From contig CAJOFW010000001.1 of the NCBI GenBank assembly GCA_905234005.1, positions 1 through 36,406 on the forward strand: a DNA stretch of 36,406 nt, read 5' to 3'. Position numbers and translations under genes: made by a program. The notes below the pieces were generated by a model. It was not told where the DNA came from. It ran no database searches and saw nothing but the letters and a program-made list of their open reading frames with translations. The stretch comes from an uncultured Oscillospiraceae bacterium (GTDB lineage Bacteria > Bacillota > Clostridia > Oscillospirales > Oscillospiraceae). Each line of letters starts with the position of its first letter. Position 1 is the stretch's first letter. Positions 15,760 to 24,054 of the stretch are shown in pieces.

Positions 15760-17205
15760 TCATTCCCCCTCCGCCTCGCGGCGGGCGCGCACCTCGCGGG
15801 CGATCGTCTCCACGCGCTCGTCGGTCAGAACGTACAGGCGGCGGAACAGCAGGAATGCCGCGATCAGCCCCACGATCGGGACGACCGCCATCGTCATGCG
15901 CAGGCCGGTCTTCGCGGCCTGTGACACGCCGACCGACCAGTCCACGAGCTTGTCGGCCTCGGCGACCTCCGTGCCGGACTGGAGATGGTTGACGCTCAGG
16001 CAGATCGACGCCACCAGCGCCGCCACGCCCGACGCCAGCTTCACGACGAACGTCTGCATCGAGAAGATCACGCTCTCGTCCCGCCGGCCGTTGCGAAGCT
16101 CGCCGTAGTCGACCGTGTTCGCGAGAAACACCGTCGTCACGACCGTGAGCATCCCGTTCGCCGAGAAGATGAAAAACGCCGGGATGAACAGCAGGTACAC
16201 GCTGGACATGGCCGTGAACGTCAGCATAAGCAGCACGGCGTAGCCCGCGATCGCCATGCCGACGCAGATGTAGAAGATCGACAGGCTCGAGAATTTCCTG
16301 CGCAGCAGCGGGTAGAACGCCATCATCGACAGCACCTGCATCGCCCCGCCGAACGTGTTGAACAGCACATACGCGTCGTTCCACGACGTGGTGCCGAAGT
16401 CGTATTTGAAGAAGTAGATGACGAGGTTCGAGGTGATGTACACCGAGCAGTTGATGAGCACGATGCCGACCGTCACGGTCATGGCCTGATCGTTCTGCAG
16501 AAGGGCGCGGAACATCTCCTTCACCGTCACCGTCCGCATATCGGCGGTCGACCTTTCGCGAACGTTCACGCACACCAGCGCCGTCGCCGCGATGAACAGC
16601 ACGGCGACGATCATCGCGAAATACTTGAAGCCCGTGATCTCGATCATCCTCGCGCCGGCGTCCTGTCCGGCGAAAAGACCGCCCAGCGCGGGCACGGCGA
16701 TCATCGTGACGATCGTGATGATCGCGCTGCCGACCCCGGCGCAGGTACGCGCCAGCGTCGTGAGGCTCTCACGCTCGCGTCCGCCCTCGGTGAACGCCGG
16801 GATCATCGACCAGTATGGGATGTCCATCATCGTGTACGTCACGCCCCAGAGGATGTAGGTGACCGCGGCGTAGGCCGTCAGCCCGGCCGCGTCCAGCCGG
16901 GGCGGGGCGGCGAACATCACAAAAAGCACCGCCGCGTTCGTGACCGTGCCGATCAGCAGCCACGGGCGGAACCGCCCCCACTTCGACCGCGTCTTCGCCA
17001 CGACCACGCCCATGATCGGGTCGTTGAACGCGTCGAATACCCGCGCCGCCAGCAGGATCACGCCCATCGCGATCGCGCTCACGCCGAGCAGATCCTGAAA
17101 GTAGTAGAGCACATAGCTCGCCGAGAGCATGTACACCATGTCCTTGCCCACCGCGCCGAGGCCGTAGGATATCCTGGATTTTGTCGATAGCCGCTGCGTT
17201 TCCAT
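15760..17205 (-). CDS. glycoside-pentoside-hexuronide (GPH):cation symporter
   Basis: DAFNDPIMGVVVAKTRSKWGRFRPWLL signature of the MelB/GusB family. About 12 TM segments. AAGGAGA RBS. Confidence 0.85.
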   Translation of the reverse strand: METQRLSTKSRISYGLGAVGKDMVYMLSASYVLYYFQDLLGVSAIAMGVILLAARVFDAFNDPIMGVVVAKTRSKWGRFRPWLLIGTVTNAAVLFVMFAAPPRLDAAGLTAYAAVTYILWGVTYTMMDIPYWSMIPAFTEGGRERESLTTLARTCAGVGSAIITIVTMIAVPALGGLFAGQDAGARMIEITGFKYFAMIVAVLFIAATALVCVNVRERSTADMRTVTVKEMFRALLQNDQAMTVTVGIVLINCSVYITSNLVIYFFKYDFGTTSWNDAYVLFNTFGGAMQVLSMMAFYPLLRRKFSSLSIFYICVGMAIAGYAVLLMLTFTAMSSVYLLFIPAFFIFSANGMLTVVTTVFLANTVDYGELRNGRRDESVIFSMQTFVVKLASGVAALVASICLSVNHLQSGTEVAEADKLVDWSVGVSQAAKTGLRMTMAVVPIVGLIAAFLLFRRLYVLTDERVETIAREVRARREAEGE

Positions 17206-17421
17206 GATCGCGTCTCCTTTTTACCGTTTCGTGTGCCTTCATTGTACCGCATCCGCCGGGAAAACGCAACGCCGACCGACGCGGTCATTACCCGCATCAG
17301 AAATGAAAATTTGGCCCCGCCCCTTGACAAGCGGGGCTTGTTATAGTATTGTAAAGGCTGTAATAAATTGTAACCAAGGGGACTGTCCGGCACAGTTTCC
17401 AATATCAGGGAGAACGCAGCT

Positions 17422-19350
17422 ATGCACCGTCTTTCAAAAATTCTGTCCCTTATTCTCGCGCTCACGCTGTGCGCGGGTCTGTTTTCCGCCGCGGCGCTGG
17501 CCGGGGTGGAGGACGTCGCGCTCGACATCGAGGACGTCTCCGACGGCCTTGAGACCGTCCGGGCCGACGGCGAGACCGTCGTTCCCGGCGAGGACGCCGT
17601 CGTCACGGACGGCGCGTCCGTGACCGTCGGCGACGCGGAGAAAAACCTCGCCGACATGATGGCGCGGTATCCGCACGGCTCGTACTGGACAAGCTCGTTC
17701 AACGGCGGCACCACCTGCTACGGCTTCGCGAACATGGTGGTGTTCAACGTCTTCGGCTACTCCACCACCAGCGGCCGCACCTACCGCACCTGGGCCTATG
17801 ACGGCTCCAGCTCGAGCGGCATGGTGAAGCTCGGCTCCGTCGCGAAGTGCACCGAGGCGAACGTGCGCGAGCTTTTAAGCCAGGCCATGCCCGGCGACGT
17901 GGTGCAGTTCGACACCTACAACGGCGGCGGCGGCCAGCACAGCAGCGTCATCTCCGCCGTCAGCGAAGACGGCGTGACGATCTACGAGTGCAACTGGTAC
18001 GGCAGCGGCCTCGTCACGAACACCTACCTCACGTTCGCCGAGTTCGCCCGCCGCCAGTACTCCTACTCGTCCGGCGCGCAGATGCGCGGCACGCTCTCGC
18101 TTTTGCGCTCGGACAACTACGACACGTCCGACGGCGGCACGACGGCGCTGTCGATCTACGGCGCGGTCTATCCCGCCGGTACGATCGCCGCCGGGCAGAG
18201 CTTCACGCTCAAGGGCGTGATCGTCTCCGGCTCCCGGCTCACGAGCGTCATCGGCGTCATCACGAACGCCTCCGGCACGCCGGTCATGAACTACAGCACA
18301 AACCCGGACGCCACGACCTACAACATCCAGACCGGCGGTCTCGACAGCGCGTTCCGCTTCGCCACGCTGGCAAACGGCAGCTACACCTACACCGTCACCG
18401 CCTCGAACGCCGAGGAGACGAAAACGCTCATCAGCAGCGTGTTCCACGTCGGCGCGCCCTCGACGTACACGATTCGCTACGACGCAAACGGCGGCGAGAA
18501 CGGGCCGGAAGCCGTCACCAAGGTCTACGGCGAGGACGTCACGATCTCCGACGTCGTCCCGACCCTTCCGGGCTACACGTTCATCTGCTGGGCGGACGAG
18601 TCCGGCGCCGGCACGATGTACGTCGCCGGCGATACATACGTCCTCAACCGCAGCGCGACGCTGGTCGCCATCTGGATACGGGACGACGAGGATCCCCCCG
18701 TACTGCCCACGGATGACCCCGTTCCCACGGATGACCCCGCGCCCACGGATGACCCCGTCCCCACGGACGTGATCGACGACCCCGACCCGGCGGCCGACCC
18801 CGACCCGGCGGGCCTTCTTCCGTTCACGGACGTGCCCGTGACCGCGTCGTACTACCCCGCCGTGAGCTGGGCGTACGAAAACGGCATCGTGAAGGGCACG
18901 AGCGCGACGACCTTCTCCCCCGCCGCCGCCGGTACACGCGGACAGATCGTCCTGATGCTCTACCGTCTCGCCGGCAAGCCCGACGTGACCGGCCTTGACA
19001 ATCCGTTTTCCGACGTGAAGAAGAGCGCGTCGTATTACAAGGCCGTGATCTGGGCGTACCACGAGGGCATCATCAAGGGCTCGTCCCCGACCCGCTTCCG
19101 CCCGAACGAGAGCGTTCCGCGCTGGCAGCTTGTCCTGATGCTCTACCGTCTGGCCGGGAAGCCGGCGGTCAGCGGCGTCGAAAATCCGTTCACGGACGTG
19201 AACCCCGGCGACGTCTACTACAACGCCGTCCTCTGGGCCTACGAGACCGGCGTCACCCTCGGCACGAGCGCGACGACCTTCTCCCCCTGCAGCGACTGTA
19301 TGCGCTACCAGCTCGTCACCTTCCTGAGCCGCTGCGGCGCTCTCCTCTGA
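17422..19350 (+). CDS. secreted SLH-anchored protein with papain-like (CHAP/NlpC-P60-type) domain and a Listeria-Bacteroides repeat
   Basis: Signal peptide. Cys...His pair (TTCYGFANMV ... GGGGQHSSVI). YTIRYDANGG...GYTFICW repeat. PTDDP linker. Three C-terminal SLH modules (FTDV...YY.AV.WAY). Confidence 0.8.
   Translation: MHRLSKILSLILALTLCAGLFSAAALAGVEDVALDIEDVSDGLETVRADGETVVPGEDAVVTDGASVTVGDAEKNLADMMARYPHGSYWTSSFNGGTTCYGFANMVVFNVFGYSTTSGRTYRTWAYDGSSSSGMVKLGSVAKCTEANVRELLSQAMPGDVVQFDTYNGGGGQHSSVISAVSEDGVTIYECNWYGSGLVTNTYLTFAEFARRQYSYSSGAQMRGTLSLLRSDNYDTSDGGTTALSIYGAVYPAGTIAAGQSFTLKGVIVSGSRLTSVIGVITNASGTPVMNYSTNPDATTYNIQTGGLDSAFRFATLANGSYTYTVTASNAEETKTLISSVFHVGAPSTYTIRYDANGGENGPEAVTKVYGEDVTISDVVPTLPGYTFICWADESGAGTMYVAGDTYVLNRSATLVAIWIRDDEDPPVLPTDDPVPTDDPAPTDDPVPTDVIDDPDPAADPDPAGLLPFTDVPVTASYYPAVSWAYENGIVKGTSATTFSPAAAGTRGQIVLMLYRLAGKPDVTGLDNPFSDVKKSASYYKAVIWAYHEGIIKGSSPTRFRPNESVPRWQLVLMLYRLAGKPAVSGVENPFTDVNPGDVYYNAVLWAYETGVTLGTSATTFSPCSDCMRYQLVTFLSRCGALL
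18707..18769 (+). repeat. in-frame 18-bp tandem repeat (3.5 units) encoding a PTDDP(V/A) linker
   Basis: CCCACGGATGACCCCGNN repeated at 18707, 18725 and 18743, with a partial unit at 18761. Confidence 0.9.
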
Positions 19351-19390
19351 CCCGGCGGTCAGCGGCCGATCGGCCAGAGAAAACGATAAA

Positions 19391-19424
19391 CCCCCGGCGC
19401 ACGCCATTGGCGCTGCGCCGGGGG
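19391..19424. terminator. terminator between the convergent SLH and carboxypeptidase genes
   Basis: CCCCCGGCGC ... GCGCCGGGGG 10-bp outer stem with a T-rich tract downstream. Confidence 0.7.
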
Positions 19425-19463
19425 TTCCTTCTGTTTTATCGGGGAACGGTATCGGGAAGCGGA

Positions 19464-21002
19464 TCAATCCTTGAAGAAGCTGTCGAAGAAGTCGTCGTCA
19501 ACCGTGGTGCTGCGGCGGCGGGGGGACGTGCTTTCGCGGGGGGCGCCGGCCTCGCGGGAGGCGGTGTGGCTCGAGGCGGTGGGCAGGAATTCCTTCTCCT
19601 CCTCCTCCTCGCCGGGGATGCTGAGCCACTGGGCGTTCTCACGCGTCATGCGCTGGGCGCGTTTGCGCTTCGCCGCCCGGACGCTGTGCATATGGCGCAC
19701 GCGGCGGATGTGGTAGTACACGACGAGCAGCAGATACAGCGCGAGCAGGATGATCAGGATCGTCACGATGCGGCGCACCGCCGTCGTCTGCAGAAGGCTC
19801 CGCGCCTGCGTGCGCAGATACTCGCCGCGGGACATCTCGATGCTGGACGCCGCCACGAGCTGCGACGTGCCGAGCGTACGGATCGTATCGCGGTTTTCGT
19901 CCAGCTCGACGACCGTCACCTCGCCGAGCACCTCGCCGGCGTTCACGGGGGCGGTCAGCGTCTCGCCGGCGGCCTCGTGGTAGAGGACGTATTTGTAGCC
20001 GATGCGGGTGATGTCGTAGTCGGACGGGAGGATGACCGATATCACGTCCTCCGCCCGGACGCCGACCGTCTCCGCCGTGCCCATGTCGACCGGGATCGTG
20101 AGGATCGTCTCCGTGGAGCTGAGCACCTGCCGGTACTCGTAGTTGTCGAACACGAACTGGTACAGCAGCAGCGTATCGGCGAAGTTGTCGCCCCGCTCGG
20201 CGCTGCCCATCACGACGCAGATGATGTCGATGTCGTCCTTCGACGCGGCGGAGGCGAGGCAGTAGCCGGCGTTCGTGAAGAAGCCGGTCTTGATGCCGTA
20301 GGCGTACTCGCTGTAATACTCGCTGTCCGGGTCGATCAGGCTGTTTGTGTTGACGAGCCGGCGCTCCTCGGCCATGTTCGTCGCGGGGACGGTGTGCTCG
20401 TGCGTGCCGCAGATGCGCTGGAAGATCGAGTGCGCCATTGCCTCCCGGGCGAACAGGGCGAAGTCGGCGGCGGTGGAGTAGTGGTTCTCGTTCTCGAGGC
20501 CGTTCGCGTTCGCGAAGTGGGTGTTGACGCAGCCGAGGGACTCGGCCCGGGCGTTCATGTCCTCGACGAAATCGGCGATCGTGCCGGATACGTACTCGGC
20601 GAGGATGTTGCACGCCTCGTTCGCGGACACGAGCATCGCGCAGTAGAGAAGATCCTCCACCGTCATGGTCTCGCCGGGCTGGATCTGCGGCTCGGCGTTG
20701 GTGGAGTCCTCATCGAGGTTGTAGTCGCAGTCGTTGTAGGCGGTGACGGTGTCGGTCAGGGCGATCTCGCCGCGTTCGACGGCCTCCACGACGAGAAGCG
20801 CCGTGACGAGCTTTGTCGTGCTCGCCGGCTGGATCTTGCGGCCTGCGCCCTTCTCGTAGTAGACCTCGCCGGAATTCATATCCACGACGATGGCCGACGG
20901 CGCGGTGATGTCCGGCTCCGTCAGCGCGAGCGCGGACACCGGCAGCAGCGTCACAGACAGCATGACTGCCAGAACAAGGGAGAGTATCTTGAATTTTTTC
21001 AT
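19464..21002 (-). CDS. serine-type D-Ala-D-Ala carboxypeptidase (PBP5/S11 family) with C-terminal TM and charged tail
   Basis: SxxK (ASTTK), SxN (SANE), KTG (IKTGF). Signal peptide. Start set to the ATG at 21002, 6 nt after GGAG. Confidence 0.9.
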   Translation of the reverse strand: MKKFKILSLVLAVMLSVTLLPVSALALTEPDITAPSAIVVDMNSGEVYYEKGAGRKIQPASTTKLVTALLVVEAVERGEIALTDTVTAYNDCDYNLDEDSTNAEPQIQPGETMTVEDLLYCAMLVSANEACNILAEYVSGTIADFVEDMNARAESLGCVNTHFANANGLENENHYSTAADFALFAREAMAHSIFQRICGTHEHTVPATNMAEERRLVNTNSLIDPDSEYYSEYAYGIKTGFFTNAGYCLASAASKDDIDIICVVMGSAERGDNFADTLLLYQFVFDNYEYRQVLSSTETILTIPVDMGTAETVGVRAEDVISVILPSDYDITRIGYKYVLYHEAAGETLTAPVNAGEVLGEVTVVELDENRDTIRTLGTSQLVAASSIEMSRGEYLRTQARSLLQTTAVRRIVTILIILLALYLLLVVYYHIRRVRHMHSVRAAKRKRAQRMTRENAQWLSIPGEEEEEKEFLPTASSHTASREAGAPRESTSPRRRSTTVDDDFFDSFFKD

Positions 21003-21221
21003 GTTCATCTCCGGAAAAGTATGGTATGATGGAACTGTTGGAACCTATTATATGAGAAACCGGCCGGAAAATCAACTCATATTTTATGTAAATTCGTCGG
21101 AGCTGTTCAGACACCCCCGCCCGCGGCCGACCAAACCCGGCATGGCCGGGTGCGATAAGCGCGAGCAACCCTGTTCGGAACCGGCGGTTCCGAACAGATA
21201 CAATTCGTCGGAGGACACGCC

Positions 21222-21596
21222 ATGCGTCAGGAAAAATCCGGCCGCCGCGCCGCTGTGCCGGTCATCGCGCTGGCGGCGGCGGTGGCCGTCACGCTCGCGC
21301 TGACCGCGGCGCTGTATCCCCGCGCGGACAGGACGCCCGTGGCGTTCCGGCCGTCGTCGTTCACCCGCGCCGCGCCGCTCGACATAAACGACGCGACGGC
21401 GGACGAGCTTGAAGCCCTGCCCGGCATAGGCCCCGCGCTCGCGGCGGCGGTCATCGAGTACCGGGAGGCAAACGGCCCGTTCACGGGCGACGATGACATC
21501 CTCGCCGTGTCCGGCATCGGCGAGAAGACACTCGCGGCCATCGCGCCGTACATCACCTGCGGAGAGGCCGGGACGGACGCCGAAGCCATCGGCTGA
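21222..21596 (+). CDS. comEA: ComEA-like helix-hairpin-helix DNA-binding protein
   Basis: N-terminal TM segment, then INDATADELEALPGIGPALAAAVIEYREANGPF...VSGIGEKTLAAI. Confidence 0.8.
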   Translation: MRQEKSGRRAAVPVIALAAAVAVTLALTAALYPRADRTPVAFRPSSFTRAAPLDINDATADELEALPGIGPALAAAVIEYREANGPFTGDDDILAVSGIGEKTLAAIAPYITCGEAGTDAEAIG

Positions 21597-21640
21597 CCGG
21601 CGCGGGGAACAACCGATTCAAGGATACGGAGACAACTGTC

Positions 21641-22333
21641 ATGAAAATACTGGTAGTGGACGACGAGGAGCTGCTCGTCAAGGGAATCAAATTCAACCTC
21701 GAGAACGAGGGCTACGAGGTGGACGTGTGCTACGACGGGCAGACCGCCGTGGACATGGCCGCGGCGAACGCGTACAGCCTCATCATCCTCGATCTCATGA
21801 TGCCGAAGCTCGACGGGCTTTCGGCGTGTATGCAGATACGCGGGTTCTCGACCGTGCCGATCATCATGCTCACGGCGAAGAGCGAGGACACCGACAAGCT
21901 CATCGGCTTTGAGTACGGCGCGGACGACTACATCACAAAGCCCTTCAACATCCTCGAGCTGAAGGCCCGGGTGCGGGCGCTGCTGCGCCGCTCGAGCATC
22001 CAGGCCGCCGGCGGGCAGGAGGCGGCGGGCTCGGGCCGCATCACACGCGGGTTCGTCACGCTCGACACGGAGCGCCGCACCGCCGAGGTGGACGGCCGCG
22101 TCGTCGACCTCACGGTCAAGGAATTCGACCTCGCGGAGCTTCTCATGAAGAACGCGGGCAAGGTGTATTCCCGCGAGACGCTGCTCGACACGGTCTGGGG
22201 CTACGACTACCAGGGCGACATCCGCACGGTGGACGTGCACATCCGCCGCCTGCGCGAAAAGCTCGAGCGCACGCCCGCGACGCCCGAATGCATCATCACC
22301 AAATGGGGCGTGGGGTACTACTTCCGGGACTGA
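21641..22333 (+). CDS. OmpR-family response regulator
   Basis: Receiver domain (LIILDLMMPKLDG) plus winged helix (TVDVHIRRLREKLE ... KWGVGYYFRD). Confidence 0.95.
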   Translation: MKILVVDDEELLVKGIKFNLENEGYEVDVCYDGQTAVDMAAANAYSLIILDLMMPKLDGLSACMQIRGFSTVPIIMLTAKSEDTDKLIGFEYGADDYITKPFNILELKARVRALLRRSSIQAAGGQEAAGSGRITRGFVTLDTERRTAEVDGRVVDLTVKEFDLAELLMKNAGKVYSRETLLDTVWGYDYQGDIRTVDVHIRRLREKLERTPATPECIITKWGVGYYFRD

Positions 22334-22450
22334 ACCTTTTCCTGAAAGAAAAAGGTTCCAAAAAGAACTTTGTATTCGCTTCAAAACGGCGGCGTTTCCC
22401 GGGTTCTGCGCACGGTAACGAGACGAAGCCTGTAATCGGGACGCGGTATC
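22331..22450 (+). repeat. copy 4 of the ~120-nt structured repeat family (most diverged)
   Basis: Starts with the TGA stop of the response regulator. Hairpin GAACCTTTT/AAAAGGTTC carries two compensatory pair changes relative to GATACTTTT/AAAAGTATC. The body aligns throughout, with many transitions. Confidence 0.8.
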
Positions 22451-22461
22451 AATGATATTAA

Positions 22462-24054
22462 ATGGATCGGTATGAACGAAAACGGAAGAGGGACGAGGCG
22501 CTGGCCGCGAGGGAGGCGCTGCGGGAGGAGAAGCTGCGCGACCGGCGCGGCAATCGCCGCCGCCGCAGAGCCGCGAAAAAGGCCGCGAAGATCAAGCGCC
22601 GGCGTGAAAAACGCGAGGCGCGGCGGGAGCGCCGCCGCCGGCGGGGCACGTCCGTCCGCTTCAAGATCGCGGCGGCGTTCTCTGGCTTCACGGCGCTTTT
22701 GCTTCTTCTCATCAACGTCTACCCCGTGCTCGTGACGCGGGATCTCGTGTTCGAGACGAAAAAGAGCGCCCTGCAGTCGCAGGGGCTTGTGATATCAAGC
22801 TCCCTCTCGGCGCTGGACGGTCTCACGCCCGAGGCCGTCGCCCAGGTCATGGAGCTGCTCGACGTGACGCCGGTGACGCGCATCCTCGTCACCGACGCGG
22901 GCGGGCGCGTGCTCTACGACACGTCGGAGCAGGAGGACACGCTGGGCCGCTACGCCATGCTGTCGGAGATCGCCGTCGCCCTCGAGGGCAAATCCGTGTT
23001 CTCCTGCCGCTACACCGGCAACGCGTTCGCGAGCCGCGCCGCCGTGCCGGTCGTATCCGGCGGCGTCGCGCTCGGGGCGGTGTACCTCTACGAAAACGAC
23101 GCCGGGCAGGGCGAGATCATCCGCCTTCTCCAGCGCGATATGCGCACGATATCCGCGGTCGCGGCGGGCGTGGGCTTCGTCGTCATCTTCGTGATCTCCT
23201 CGACGCTCACAAGCCGCATCAAGCGCCTGACCGCCGCCGTCGGCGTCGTCAGCTCCGGCGACTACGCCTACCGCATCCCGGTGCGGGGCGGCGACGAGAT
23301 CGCGAAGCTCTCGAGCGAGTTCAACGTCCTGACCGGCCGCCTCGAGAGCACGGAGGAGGCGCGCCGCCGGTTCGTGTCCGACGCGTCGCATGAGCTGCGC
23401 ACCCCCCTCGCGGCGATACGGCTTCTGTCCGACAGCATCACCCAGTCGGACGACATGGACGTGGAGACCATGCGGGAGTTCGCCTCCGACATCGGCAGCG
23501 AGGCCGACCGCCTCCAGCGCATCACGGAGAAGCTCATGAACCTCACAAAGCTCGACTCCGGCGTGAGCCAGACGACAAAGGAGCGCGTGGATATGAAGCT
23601 CGTGGCCGAACGGGCGCTGCACCTTCTCAGCCCGCTGGCCACGGCGCAGCGTGTGACCATCCGCACCGATCTCGGCGAGGGCTGTATCATCCGGGCCTCC
23701 GCCGACGACCTCTACCAGATCATCTTCAACCTCGTCGAAAACGGCATCAAGTACAACGTCGCCGGCGGCTTCGTGCTCCTGCGGCTCCGCCGGGAGAAGA
23801 CACGCGCCGTCATGACCGTGTCCGACACCGGCATCGGCATCCCCGAGGCCGACCTCGACCACATCTTCGACCGCTTCTATCGCGTGGACAAGGCCCGCTC
23901 CCGCGCCTCCGGCGGCAGCGGACTCGGCCTCGCCATCGTCCACGAGGCCGTCCGCGCAAACGGCGGCACGATCGCCGTGTCCCGCACCAGCCGGGGCGGC
24001 ACGGCGTTCACGGTCACATTCCCCATCAGCCGCAGGAGGGACAGAGGCACATGA
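22462..24054 (+). CDS. sensor histidine kinase with Arg/Lys-rich N-terminal extension
   Basis: H-box SDASHELRTPL, N-box FNLVENGIKYN, G-boxes DTGIGI and GGSGLGLAIV. The first ~62 aa are highly basic. Confidence 0.9.
   Translation: MDRYERKRKRDEALAAREALREEKLRDRRGNRRRRRAAKKAAKIKRRREKREARRERRRRRGTSVRFKIAAAFSGFTALLLLLINVYPVLVTRDLVFETKKSALQSQGLVISSSLSALDGLTPEAVAQVMELLDVTPVTRILVTDAGGRVLYDTSEQEDTLGRYAMLSEIAVALEGKSVFSCRYTGNAFASRAAVPVVSGGVALGAVYLYENDAGQGEIIRLLQRDMRTISAVAAGVGFVVIFVISSTLTSRIKRLTAAVGVVSSGDYAYRIPVRGGDEIAKLSSEFNVLTGRLESTEEARRRFVSDASHELRTPLAAIRLLSDSITQSDDMDVETMREFASDIGSEADRLQRITEKLMNLTKLDSGVSQTTKERVDMKLVAERALHLLSPLATAQRVTIRTDLGEGCIIRASADDLYQIIFNLVENGIKYNVAGGFVLLRLRREKTRAVMTVSDTGIGIPEADLDHIFDRFYRVDKARSRASGGSGLGLAIVHEAVRANGGTIAVSRTSRGGTAFTVTFPISRRRDRGT

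Noticed and set aside
18707-18769. A regularly spaced 18-bp repeat that could be mistaken for a mini CRISPR-like array.
   Set aside because: The units are contiguous with no spacers, are in frame inside a long ORF, and encode a PTDDP linker.
21092-21213. 12-nt direct repeat AATTCGTCGGAG (21092 and 21202) flanking ~98 bp that ends in a perfect 12-bp hairpin (CTGTTCGGAACC-GGC-GGTTCCGAACAG). It could be a MITE with a target duplication upstream of comEA.
   Set aside because: The terminal inverted repeats are only ~7 nt and offset. This is a single occurrence in the window with no related copy. It may be a simple local duplication of the comEA RBS region plus a regulatory hairpin. Evidence is insufficient.
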